From Gnetum montanum (lineage: Eukaryota > Plantae > Gnetophyta): a stretch of DNA of 64,000 bases. A program made the position numbers and the translations under genes. Below, in pieces: positions 21,698 through 34,343 of this stretch (position 1 is the first letter of the stretch; the number at the start of each line of letters is the position of its first letter). The stretch spans positions 378,221-442,220 of the forward strand of contig MNCI01002984.1 of the NCBI GenBank assembly GCA_015680685.1, given 5' to 3'. The notes under the pieces are model-generated. The model did no database searches. It was not told where the DNA came from and worked only from the letters and a program-made list of their open reading frames with translations.

Positions 21698-24600
21698 CTA
21701 AAATGTGCTATGTGCATAAACCGTTCTAGGTTCATGATAAGGGTTGGTTGGTTGCACACAGACTAGTATTCTCCTATCTGAGTACTCATTTGGATTTTCT
21801 AAGAGTTTCCAACTTCCCTCGATTGATGGTTTCAGATTAAGGGTTGGAAGTTGGTGACACTCTTGTTTCAATGCATCTATGCTTTCTTCGTGGGCGCAAG
21901 TTGATCCCCCAATTAGTTCCATGCATATTGGTGGATTGCTGTCTTGATTAGCTGTCAACCACTGGGTGTTCTCTTGTTGTGTGGTTGCTACATATAGGCA
22001 CTTTTGTATGCTAACTTCCTGGGCACACCAGTTGCATGCAGGAGATGTTGAACGCTCTTGTACGCTATCACCCTCTATATCACTGTATCTGATGCATGGA
22101 ACCTTCTTCTTCTCAATCTTTCCATAAGTAATTTCCTTAGATATTTCTAGGGAAAGATCATGGATTCCTAGGCATGCGTTCACGGTACTTAGCCATGCCC
22201 TTCCCATTATTATTGGGAAGTCCCCCTTGTCATTGTTGACTTGTATCACTAGGAAATCAGCTGGGTATGACCAACCACACATAGTGGTAACGATGTCCTC
22301 CACCAATCCCAAGGGAATAGTGATGGACTGATCACCTAGCTCTAAGCGAATATTGCTCTTCTTTACTGGAGGCAGGTTCCAGGCTTTATACATTTCTTGC
22401 GATATCAAGTTGACTTCGAAACTTGAGTTAAGAAGAGCTTTACGTGGTTCATTCCTAGCGACTTAGAGGTAGATTAAAGGACTTCCAGGATCAGAGAGTT
22501 TCCTAGGAAGATGACCCACCTTTATCTAGTTAGTGACGGTATGTGTTAACATAACCGTATGCGTTGAGCTCTGTTGTTGGTTTGAAGGGAGCTTCGAAGC
22601 CTTATTTGATGGAGGAATGTTTGGAGGTTCAACCGCTTGTGGTTGTGAGAGCTTGTTTGGACTGTTGGTTCTAAAGAAAGGTCTTCTCCTTGTACGGTTG
22701 TCAAAACTAGCAGTGGGTTGAAGGTTTACAGCTCTTGTAGCATTGCATTGCTACGGTTGAATGGGGAGTTCCCCTTGCATCGCTGGAGTAGATGGTAGTG
22801 GAGCTATCGGTGTAAGAGTTGTGGGTGGATTTGGAGGACGGTATGCATGTGGTGTATCTCTCCCAGGAGAAGGAGTCTTATAATACTCCCGAGCTTGGTA
22901 GTGACATTGTGGGGTCACGTGAACAATAGAGTCACTTGGAGAGATTGGCTACTGCACGTAGTAGCCATATGGATCCAGTTGCCAGTAAGGGTATTGTTGC
23001 CTTGGTAGTGGCATCCCCCATGATTGTGGGTATTGCCACTGCTGGTGTTGTTTCATAGGTTGTGGCAGAGTTCCACTTAGATAATATGTTAACGGTTGGT
23101 GGAACTGCCTCGGGTTACCTTGGGGATAAGGTAACCGACGGGGTGCTTGTCGTTTGTTAAGTCTTAGGTTGAGTGCATACACCCTAGATTCTTGCAGATG
23201 TGAGATTATTGGGCAACATCCCTTAGGATGGTCATATTGGCATATTTCACATCCACCGTCATCGTCTGTATCCGAATCCACAACCTCTTCAGTGATAGCT
23301 ATTTTACCCTTACCTTTGTAATGTGCATGGTCCAAATCCCTCTTCTTTTTCTTATCATGGTCACTACTTCGCTTCTTAGACTCCTCTACGATTTTTAAAA
23401 TAGATTCAAATCTACTATCTAAGGAGTCCCACATTTGATCTACCTTAGCTGACACTTCTGTTGTTAATTTCTGAAGTGGCAAGGTTTTCCTACTCACCAA
23501 CTCTTTGAGTGGTGACTCATCCTCCTCCTCACAAAATCTCACTCCCCTCTTCTAGAGGGAAGGATCACGGTTATACTCTTCTGCCACTTTCTCTCTTACA
23601 TAACTCACCTTCTTCCTTAGCTACTTGCTCCAACAATCTATGAACCTCATGGGACCTAAGTTCAGATAATCTTCCTTGGGCATATGTCCCAAGGGTTCTC
23701 TTGGTTTCATGTCTTAGCCCATCTACGAGATGGCATAGTTGATCCTGTTGTGCGTAATCATGGCCTGGGCAACGATGTAGTAATGCATAATATCAGCCCA
23801 TGGTAGCATCCAAGGGTTCGTGATTACCCTGCTTCCATCCTTGGATATGCTTTCTCAAGTTGGACACTCGGGAGTACGTTTAATATTTATCGTTAAACAA
23901 TTCTAGCATCGTACTCCACCTTTGAATGGATTTATGTTCTAAGGACCAGTACCAGCTTTCTGCTTCTTTTATGAGTGTCTTTGGGAACAAATTTAATTTT
24001 TGCCACTCATTTTCAATGTTCTACAAGGCATAGGCATCGTGAAATGCTTGTAAGTGATTCTGCGGATCAGCGATGTTTCCCCCCCTCAAATCATGGGATA
24101 TTATTCATGTCTAGTCTCTTGATCTGGCTATCTTTTTGGTGCCTTGTAGGTATTCTAATGGCCTCCGTGATGTCTAACATGCTTTGGGTTGCAAGTAGGG
24201 GTTCGTCATGGTCATTTCTTTCATGGCATCTGTGATGTCTACGTGGTTCCCTACTTTTCCTTCTTCCATATCGTGATTCCCTAGAATGCCCTCATCCCCG
24301 CTTTCGACTCTCTTGTCAAGGTTTCTCAATTTGCTTACCCTTGTCCTCCTGATGAGGTTCCTGGTGACTGCATCTCGACGTTGAAGGAGAGGGTGAATGT
24401 TGCAATGAAGGGGAAGAGGAAGAAGAACCATCACCATGATGATGTTTCCTACATTCCCTTTGGTAATCTCGACCCTGATCGTGATGACGATCAAAATGCT
24501 CGTCCTTATCTTGTGTTTGTGTTCCCTCATTGAGCACTTGGTGTTCATGGGAATCAGAACCAGGGTTGTGTATCGTGGAGTGAAGGTTCTGACACATCAC

Positions 24601-25092
24601 CTCCTCACTATCATTAGGAGGGGAAACATCTTTTTGTGGAGAACCTATTAAGATAGGTTCACCACCCTTAATTTCTCTTATGATGGGCGAAGCATTATGG
24701 GGTCCTTTGCCCTTCAACGATGTGTGGTAACTCTCCTGTCGCGAGTCCCGTTGACGTTGTGCTTTTGTGGGATGGTAGTCCCTTACATTGTAATCGCATG
24801 CAATGTACTCAGCATATAATTGCGACATGCCAATTCGTGCAAGGGCACAAAGGAGCATGTTGGGGGCGACTCTATTTAGAGGCAACACTATGTTACCCTC
24901 CAAGTCTCTTCAATGCAGTTGTTCATCTTGATGGAAGACAAAGGTAAAGTCGGGTATATAATCATCGTGATGAGTATATACCACACTAAATTATTGAGGA
25001 ATTGACGGTTCTTGGTTATGTATGTTGTGCCACCGATTGTCTCTAGTGTTGGTCCTAGGTAATGAAGTGCTTTTGTGTGGAGAAGAAGACAT
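21698..25092 (-). pseudogene. Element A gag-protease with internally deleted pol
   Basis: MSSS start at 25092; capsid; CEICQYDHPKGCC knuckle; PR ALLNSSFEVNLI (catalytic D>N) ...PIIMGRAWL; fused to the integrase tail ILVCVQPTNPYHEP. Confidence 0.88.
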
Positions 25093-25238
25093 TTTAGTCT
25101 TATTCGGTGTGCTGTTTGTTGTTATGTTATTTTTTCTCTTGATTAACCCTAAGGGTTTGTTTTAGCTCCCAACGATGTCAATGATTTCCTATGTTCTACG
25201 TAGCGCACAAACAACTAAGTCCCCAGCAACGACTCCAA

Positions 25239-26039
25239 TGATGAGTGGCGAGGTACCCCTACACTTAACCATACGAATATGAGGGTTACACGCGCGATCT
25301 GGTCGAACTCCAAGGACTAAGTGCTTACGCGCCTTATGGAACACTTAAGGTTAATCAATCGGTATCTTCCCATACTTACTTGTATTGTCACAGTTGTATG
25401 GTTAAGTAAGTCTGAGGTATGTGATTTTTATGTCTTTTATCTTTTTATCGCCTATGCTAAGAAAGGAAAGGGTGAAGAGACTAAGTAACTAACTTTCACT
25501 AACTAAGCTTTAATTGTCCTAGCATCAATATCCGTTCCTACTTGCCGTACACACTCTGAACTAGTGTAACGCTACTGGGATTACCAAACACTATTCGTTA
25601 TTGGGTTACCAAGCGTAGCACACGTGCTCGAAGCGATCGTACTGAATGCACTTAATTAGGAGTTGAGGGTTGAGAGAGATTAATTATATAATAAAGCATT
25701 TAAGAATTTAACATTAATTAAATCCTAATTAGCTTAGTCCATGCACTGCAAGGTTTATTAGAAAGTTCGTCTTTATTTCCGTACATAAATGTGTGCTCAG
25801 GTACAATTTGCTCAAATAAAGATCTGTTCACTTTGAGACTCCTACTACGGGCACATGGAAATTGTTTTATCTCTGGAATGGTAAAATTGCTAGAGTTTAG
25901 CTAAGGGTCTAGATCTAGATGAGGAAACAAGGGAAAGCCGCCTCTTATTTATAGATAAGGCGATGGGCTGTGATATCCCGTACGCAATATCGCAGGGGTC
26001 AACGCGATATCGTAGCCCATGCGATATTGTGTCCCATCA
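25239..26039 (-). repeat. 5' LTR of element A (801 bp)
   Basis: Adjacent to the PBS; TG..CA ends; followed by the TSD. Confidence 0.93.
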
Positions 26040-26734
26040 CAAGTTTTATGGGTGTGTATTTTTTTCGTTTGTCCCAATTAGGGATAGTTCAATTTGAGCT
26101 GTATCTTATTCCTTTTAAAGATTCTCACCTTAATTAAGGTCAATTTAGTTATAGGTATTACACCATTATTACAAAATATTTTGTGGATTTTTCTTTCTTT
26201 TTTGTGTTTTAATTTTGTGCAAATCATGGCATCCAAGGAAAGAGAGATCAAGAGCAAAGAGGTGAAGATCTTATAGCTACTTTAAAGTGATGAAATTCAC
26301 AATGCCGTTACAAACAAATAAGGTAATGAAGAAATGAAGAGAAAGAAGAAAGTTGCAAGAAAGTGAGGAGAATTGTTTAGGAGGATAACCTAAGTAATTT
26401 CATCAATAAACATGAGTTATCTAAATGATCCTTTAAGATTGATGATGTTGATAATGTTCAATGATGTAAGTGTGCTGCCCTTGGAAAACATCGATCAACA
26501 CCACTCGAGTCTCAATAGTAGCAATATGAGAGGGCAAACTCAAGGTGGATTATGCCTTAATGCTCAGCACCTTGTGTCATAGCATAGCACATAACATGTT
26601 AGCCATTGTTTAGATGAGTTAGTAAGGTCATAAGCATTAATTACACAACTAGGACAACCAAGTGTATGCATATACATACACAATAGACATACAACAGATA
26701 GACTTCTTATAAGGACTATGATACGTTCCTATAT

Positions 26735-27668
26735 TGGCGTAGGGATACCTCTCCTGATTCCCTTGTTCTGCCCTACATATGAATTTTTCGAGCTTGAAGG
26801 AGACATCTTGAAAGGCTAGGAGATGTCTTAATTGAGACTTGGAGGTGATAGGAGATGTCTTGCTGAAGTGTAGAAGTCATTAGGAAGATGTCTTATCTAG
26901 GGAGAAGGCATCTTGAAGGAGATGTTTCCCCAAACAAGAAGATGTCTTGGGCAAGACGTCTTGTTATGAAAGGAGATGTCTTAGCCCAAGAGAAGACATC
27001 TTTAGAAACATAAGACATCTTCCTTGAGAGCTGGGTTAACACAAAAGCATCTTCCCAAGGTTAGAGATGACCCATACAGCCAGGGAAATTTTTGAAAAAC
27101 ACTTGTTCCAATTTAAGAAATAGCTAAAACAAGATGAAAAAGGATGAAAACAACCAAGGAGAAGGTGAAAAGACTTAGGAAACATCTCAAGAACCTCAAC
27201 GTAAGTTGAGAAAAGGCTTCTAAGTTTATGATTTTCCGATTGTCCATAAATATTGATGTAATTCACCATTCTTGGGATCACCTAGACCAAGAGCAAGAGA
27301 GATGTTTTTAAGGAGTAGAGCATGTGAAAAAAGAGCAGTTATGCAAGGAATTTGAGTGAGAGACAAGGGAGAGAACTTGAGTGAGGTTAATAGATTCTCT
27401 TATGAGTGTCTTGTCTAGAGCTTTGGCTTCATGGTGAGCAATTGAGGATTGAGAGGGAACATGTGTAGCCTCTAAGATTCTTGGAAGAGTTGTGAGGTGA
27501 GCTTGGCTCCTCATCTTTGATGTATTTTATCTATATTTTAAGAGTTTTCTTAATATAAGGAAGTTTTTCTTCATTTCATTGTATTGCTTTTGTTTTCTAA
27601 GCTAGATTTGCTTGGAAGTTGGGAAATGGGTCCTTTTGGGGTCTATTAAGGTAGTGGCCCTTGCACAA
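26735..27668 (+). repeat. 5' LTR of element B
   Basis: tggcgtaggg...ccttgcacaa; followed by the PBS. Confidence 0.88.
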
Positions 27669-27792
27669 GATTAGTATCAGAGCATTAGGTTTGTAGAAAT
27701 CTAAACATTAGCATTTGGTTTGGAGGAATCCACACATTTGTGTTTGGTTTGGAGGAATCCACACTTATATTGGATTAAGATTTCTCTTTGGG

Positions 27793-29400
27793 ATGGCTTC
27801 TAAGAAGAAGACTAATCAAGATCTTGGAAAAAAGATTCAAGAGCTTAAAGACTCCTTTAAGGCTTTTGTGGTTGAAATGCAAGAATTTCTTCCCAAGGTA
27901 AGGACCATCAAACACCAAGATTTTGGAGAAACTTCAAGAAAAAGTAAAGAGGAGATTGAAGACAAGAATCCTTTTGCTACTTTGCAAGGATCAAGAGGAA
28001 GAAATGATAGAAAAACTCTAATGAGAGAAGGGACTAGAACTCAAAGGTATGAGCCAAGGTTTTCTTTTCATAATAATGAGGAAAATGATGATGAAAGGTT
28101 TTTAAAGATGTTAAGAAGTGCTTTAAGAGATCCTCATGTGGATATTTCCATCTTTAAAGGTGTTGAAGGTACAAATTTCTTTCTTTCTTGGTTTAGAGCT
28201 ATGAATAGGTATTTTCTTCTTGAGTAACTTTCTATTGAGACAATGATTCATGTGGTGGAGAGAAAAATTGAAGGGTCGACAGCTAAATGGTGGAAAAAGG
28301 AATGTCTCAAATACCTTGAAGAACATGAAAGACCTATCGAGAGTTGGCAACTCATGGAATTCATGCTAAAGAAAAAGTTTGAAAAGACATCCTTTCATCA
28401 TGAAGACATCAAGAAGCTAAAATTTATTAGACAAGGAGATCAAGAGGTACAAGATTTTTATGTTGAATTTTGTAGAGCCTTGAAAATAGTTGATGTCTAT
28501 TGAATTGAGTATGAGCAAACTTTTAACTTCATTAGTGGATTAAGGATGCAATATTAGCAAGAATTAGCATTCTATGAGCCTAACGTTCTTAATGAAGCCT
28601 ATGATCTTGCTCTCAAGGTTGAAATGAATATCACAAAGTTTGGCTTAAAGAATGATAAAGATAAGAAGAAAATGGATGAGAAAGACACAACTCACCAATC
28701 TAGGAAATCATCCAAGGAGGATGGTAAAGATGAGTAAAAAAAAGAGAAGGAAATGGAGTCTACTTCTCCTAGGAGGGGAAGAAGAAAGGAACGATTTCCA
28801 AGAGGTAAAGATCATGGTAAAGATATAAATATGGTGAATCAGGTCATAAACAATGGAAATACACAAAGCCAAAGAAGAATGCCTTTAAGGGAAAGGAAAT
28901 TGAAACTATGCAAGAGGATGAACATGAATCTTCAAAAAGGGGATATGAACATGATCCTTTGCATATCTTTGAACAAAGTGAATTGAATAGTTGTATTTTT
29001 GCTAAACATGTTAGTGCCAATAAGGATGTTATAAAGAAGAGTTTATTTAGAGCTCATTGTGATGTTAAGGATTATTCATTGAGTCTACTCATTGATGGTG
29101 GAGCACAAGAAAATGTGATTTTTGCCAAGGTGATGAAGTCATTGTAGTTAGCTACAATTCCTCACCCTAATCCATCAAAGCACATTGGTTAATGAAGAAT
29201 CATTATAACTAAGTTAAGGAATAATGCATTATGGATTATTCGATTGGAAGTTTTCATGATCAAATTCTTTATGATGTATTTGCCTATTAATTGTTTAGAT
29301 CTCATATTTGGTAGACCATGGAATTACAATAATAAGGCTATCTTTGATTGTGAAAATAATAGTTGGACTATAAGATGAGACAATCATAAGTTTAGGTTGT
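27793..29400 (+). pseudogene. Element B gag and aspartic protease (CRM-type)
   Basis: MASKKKT start; FLSWFRAMNRYF, AKWWK, IESWQLMEFMLKKKF, IRQGDQEVQDFYVEF; decayed knuckle GESGHKQW; SLFRAHCDVKDYSLSLLIDGGAQENVI, PHPNP, LIFGRPW. Confidence 0.85.
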
Positions 29401-30083
29401 TATCCACTATGGCTAATAATGAGGTTGGTAATTTGAATTCTTCATTGATTCTTCCTCACGGTAGGGAGATTGTAAGGGTGAATGTTATTCGTGATGATGA
29501 AATTTTCTTTGATTTTGAAGAGGATGCAGTTGATATCAATGCTATTACTAAATGCGTAGAGTCTCATATGAATGAGAAGAAGGTTGATTTTGCTACCATT
29601 AGATCTTGGATGCTGATGACAATAGTATGTTGCATGATGCTTTTGGGCACTTGTGTAATTGTTAGGCTAAAGTTTGTGTTGACAAAGAGATGCCAGAAGA
29701 ATAAGGAAGATTAGTTGGTAGCAAATGGAGAAATGCCATTGCTATATAAGCATAGGGTAAGGAGGCCTACTCCATGGATTGATGTTAACAATTAATTTTC
29801 TAGATTCTTGTGTCACTTTTCTGCAAGTTTGAGTCATTATGGGGATGCAAGGGAAGCATTCCAAGAAGATACTCAAATAAAGGAAGCATGGTGGGGCATG
29901 GGGACAAGCCTCCACGAGCAAAGGAAGCTCAAAATTAAAATCTCAAATGATACTCATTCTTATATTTTTAATGCATTAAGTCTTGATTGTTGTGCTAAGT
30001 GTGATGGACTTGAGTCATGAGGGCATGATGCCTTCCAGCTTGTGAAAGGTCATGAAGCATGAAATTTTTAACGATGGGAGAGT

Positions 30084-30988
30084 TGGTGTAGGGATACCTT
30101 TCCCTATTCCCTTGTTCTACCCTACATATAACTTTTTGTAGGTTTTGAGCTTGAAGGAGATGTCTTGGTTGAGACTTGGAGATGATAGGAGATGTTTGGA
30201 AGTTAGAAGGAGATGTCTTGTTGAAGTGCTGTCTCTGAGAAGACATATTGTTTGGGAAGAAATCTTGGTAAGACATCTCGTCATGAAAGGAGACATCTTG
30301 GCCCAGGAGAAGATGTCTCTTAGAAACCAAAGATGTCTTTCCCAAGAGTTGGGTTACACAGAAGATGTCTTCCCAAGGTCATAGATGACTTGTACAACTA
30401 GGGAAACTTTTGAAAAACATCCATCCTAATTCGGGAAACAACTAAAATAAGATGGAAAAGGATGGAAATAGTTGGGTAGAAGGTAAGAAAACTTGGAAAA
30501 TATCTGATGAACCTCAAACTAAGTTGAGGAAAGGTTTCTAGGTTTCTTATCTTTCAGTTGTTCATAAATATTGATGTAATTCACCACTGTTGGGATCACT
30601 TAGACCAAGAGCAAGAGAGAGAGATCTTAAGGAAGGAGAGTTTGGTCAAGAAGAAAGCTTGTGTAAAGAATTTGAGTGAGAGGCAAGGAAAAGTACTTAA
30701 GAGAGGTTGAGAGAATCTCTTATAAGTATCTTGTCTTGAGCTTTGGCTCCATGGTAAGTAATTGCGGATTGAGAGGGAACATGTGTGGCCTCTACAATCC
30801 TTGGGAGAGTTGTTAGTTGAGCTTGGCTTCTCATATTTGATGTATTTTCTCTATATTTTAAGAGTTTTCTTAATATAAGGGAGTTTTTCTCCATTTCATT
30901 GTGTTGTTTTTGTTTTCTAAGCTAATTTTGCTTAGAAGTTAGGAAATGGATCCTTTTGAGATCTATTGAGGTAGTGACCCTTACACCA
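30084..30988 (+). repeat. 3' LTR of element B
   Basis: tggtgtaggg...cccttacacca; preceded by the PPT. Confidence 0.9.
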
Positions 30989-32010
30989 TATACTAATGCA
31001 TTTAATTCTAAGCCCAAGTTCAAAGAGAGGGTGGTGGCTTGAGCATCAAAGCTAAAGCTTGTCTACAATCCTACATATCCTTGTGACGAGGTTCACAAGG
31101 TATCTAGACCCATGTAGTTCTAAATGATTGTTAAAGTATCATGGAATCACAAAGGATCTTCATGCTCTTGTGGCCCTTGTTTTAGAGGGAAATAACCTTC
31201 GATCCAGCAACAAGGTATGTTTTCCTACAAATGATCCTTTAAGGTTAGCAATAAAGATAAAGCTAGGAAAGGCTAGCAAGGGCATTTAGGCATGTATTAA
31301 GTATGTCAATATTGACAAACCTTATTTTTGTTTTACTTTATTTTCAAGTTATATGGTTAAACTTGTTTGAAAAAGAAAAATTTATTAAATTTGAATCCCC
31401 TGTTCTTTTTTCAAAAGAGTTTTATATTTAGTTCCTTTGTTAGTTTTCTAAGTCCAATTATAATTTCATTTAATAAAATTAATGAAATATAAATCTTGAA
31501 TAGAACATATAAGAATATAATAAATAAAGCAATTAAAAAATACATTATAAGGATAGTTCCATATCCAGGTAGAAACAATGTGATTAAGGATGTTTAAGTG
31601 TGTAAATACTTACCACCTAGCACATTAAATACACAATTTTGATCATAGTGCAATAAATTCCTTACAATTTATTTTTGCAAAAGTTAGAATTTATCACTAA
31701 GTGCTCCCAGCATGAACAAAGTATCTAGAATTTTATTCGAGTGATGATGTACCTGAACACATTTTCATGATGACAATATGATCAAGATCTATTTACCTTC
31801 ATTGTAACACTTTGCATACTTTAATAATTTTCTTAATTACAATCTAATTTATTAATGTACTTGGGCATAATATTTACCTTTCCATGCATATTAATTACTT
31901 GGAAAACTGAGAATGACTAGTTTTGAGCATAAATGAATAACTATTTGATAACCTAGTAGTGACATTACTTAGTACACTCATCAATGTGTTGCTTGGTAAT
32001 GTTAACAATA

Positions 32011-32186
32011 GCTACACTAGTTTAGGATGTGTATGGTAGACTGGAATTAGACACTCATTGCCTCAAGCTAGTCTGAAATTTACTTTGCAACACATTACGC
32101 TACACTAGTTTAGGATGTGTATGGTAGACTGGAATTAGACACTCATTGCCTCAAGCTAGTCTGAAATTTACTTTGCAACACATTAC
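32011..32186. repeat. Perfect 88-bp tandem duplication inside the LTR of C
   Basis: 32011-32098 equals 32099-32186; tacactagtt microhomology at both ends. Confidence 0.92.
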
Positions 32187-34343
32187 ACTAGTTAGATTAA
32201 TTTGTTATATTTTTAATATTTTAAGAAGAATATTTTAAATATGATTGTGACAACATCAACATCGTATGCCTCAGTCATACTCAATCATATGTTTTAGGCC
32301 ACACAAGTATGGTTAGGAAGATAATGACTAGTGACCAACCACCCAGTTGTCTAGATATCCACACTAGTCCAAACTATGGAATTTGACCAAGTTGCATGTA
32401 AAAACTTGTGAGTTGTATAGTTGTGCTTAGGATCTACTCTATCACTCATCATTAGTATTATTGTTGGGGACTAGTGCTAGTGACTTAGATAATTAGAATC
32501 ATACAAGGATTACTATTAGAGCATAAACAATTTATCTCATAAGAATAATATTCTTTTACTTGAGTACACTAAAGTAATTGAAAGATGTCTTCCTTTCACA
32601 AGGCTAACTGCCCACCTGCTAATGACTCTACAAGGGGATGTGACATGACAATTAAGAATAGGGTTGACATGCCCTAGCAATTTAAAGTATTCCACCAACA
32701 TCCTAATTCTTGCTATTTATATTTCAATTTAATTCTTCTCTAGGATGATTAGTTGTGATGGAGGAACTTGAAAGGCAACATTATGTTGCTACTAATCATT
32801 TAGTTCTATCAAATGCATACGATGACATTGATGAAAGTGGGATTTGAAGAAATTGTCAATGATTACATGGTGGTTGAGGAGATTTCTAGGTCCTATTTAC
32901 AAAAGGATAATTTCATGGAGGCATACCATGAAGTTACCAAGGAAAAGGAAACCACTAATCTATTAACATCATAGTCTAAAAAGGAGGATAGTAATTATCG
33001 ATATGGTAGATTGCATCATCAAAATCTTGCAACCCATGCTGTAGATGATATGATAAATCCATAGCTACATTTAGTGTTGGCTAGTAACCAAGGAAAAGGG
33101 AGTGTATGACCCAACACAATGATGACTTTCAAGCCTAGATCTTTAAGTAGGTCATCCAAAGAAAATCAAAGGAATCATTGAAAGAGAGCTAGTTAGCATA
33201 GCTCTCTTAGTTCTTCATCATCCTCATCCTCATCATCATTAATCTCTATTAAGAGTGAATGTGGCCAAGATAGGAGGGATAAAGACAAATGACCTAGTAG
33301 AGATAACTAGAGAGATCATAGCAAGGATGAAGGAAGAGAAGGGAGATGAACTAAGAACTAGACCATAGAGTTGAAAGAAGGTATAATAAACTCCACAAAA
33401 GGATGCATTGTCATAACAGAAACCATGACGATAGAGATGATTATGATGAATCCTTACTTACTACTCACAATATGATGAACATTAGGAAGGTAGTCTACAT
33501 TTTCACCAAGCATCAAAGGGATAGCTAGGTCCAATGGTTTGACATGAACAAAATTCTTAAGTTTGAGGGAGGCAACAATGCCAAATTAGGGCACTATTTA
33601 CAAACTTTTAAAAATAAATTATAGAAGCTAAAACTATTCTCTAGAACATTTATCAAGGAAGCTAAAAGTTGGTACCAGTTCTTAGAATTAAAATTAATTT
33701 AAAGGTGAAGTATAATGTTAAAGATCTTAAATGACAAATATCAGAAATACTTTAGATTGTCCAATTTGAGAAAGAAGATTTAAATTCAAAGACAAGATAA
33801 CCATGAGTCCCTTGATATAGCCTTAAGTAGCTATTACTCATTGTTGTGCAAATATGTAGGCCATGACTTCTCTCAAAGGAAATACCTATGACATATCATA
33901 GATGGACTCAGAAATAAGATAAGGGAAACTCTTGGGCTCTATGCCCAAAGAAGAATTTTAGAGATGAAAGCCCATCAAATTCAAAGGTTGATTGATCAAA
34001 TAATAAAGGAAGAAGATGAGTAGAAAAAAAGAGATAGCATTAGGAAGTATAATAGAAACCACTCTCCCAGCAAAAAGGAGGTCACTGTGAGTAGGAAGAG
34101 GAAGCATTATTGGAGGAAGTGGTCCAATAGAAGACTTTGTTGATATTAAAATTTGTTCCTAAGATATTGGTCAAAGTTGATAAAATGTGGGACTCAACTG
34201 ATGAAAAATTCTCTCTTCAACTGATTGTGGACAAGAGAATGGAGCAAGGAAAAACTAAAAATAAGGACAAGAGATAGAAAAAGGACACTAGTAAGGATTA
34301 CTACTAGCATAAATGAAAAGAAATTGTAGTAAAGAAGGTTACA

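Larger units (their letters stand above)
18962..26039 (-). mobile_element. Element A: complete non-autonomous Athila-like LTR retrotransposon (gag+PR, no RT/RH/INT core)
   Basis: LTRs 18962-19741 and 25239-26039 with TG..CA ends; perfect TSD CAAGT (18957-18961 and 26040-26044); PBS 25220-25237 (tRNA-Asp-like); PPT next to 19742. Confidence 0.95.
26735..30988 (+). mobile_element. Element B: non-autonomous CRM-like Ty3/gypsy element (gag+PR only, TR-GAG-like architecture)
   Basis: LTRs 26735-27668 and 30084-30988; TSD tatat/tatac; PBS tagtatcagagc 27672-27683 (tRNA-iMet, one G>A); PPT gatgggagagt; no RT or INT. Confidence 0.9.

Noticed and set aside
26045-26734. Possible gene remnant starting MASKERE (~26226) in the DNA hosting elements A and B
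   Set aside because: Stops within a few codons and no recognisable domain; probably old TE debris that cannot be assigned.
26800-27025. CRISPR-like look of repeated AGATGTCT with variable spacers
   Set aside because: Repeats are only 8 bp, irregularly spaced, inside eukaryotic LTRs, and no cas genes are present.
29995-30384. ORFs of 116 and 79 aa over the 3' LTR of B
   Set aside because: By-products of the motif array; not maintained in the 5' LTR.
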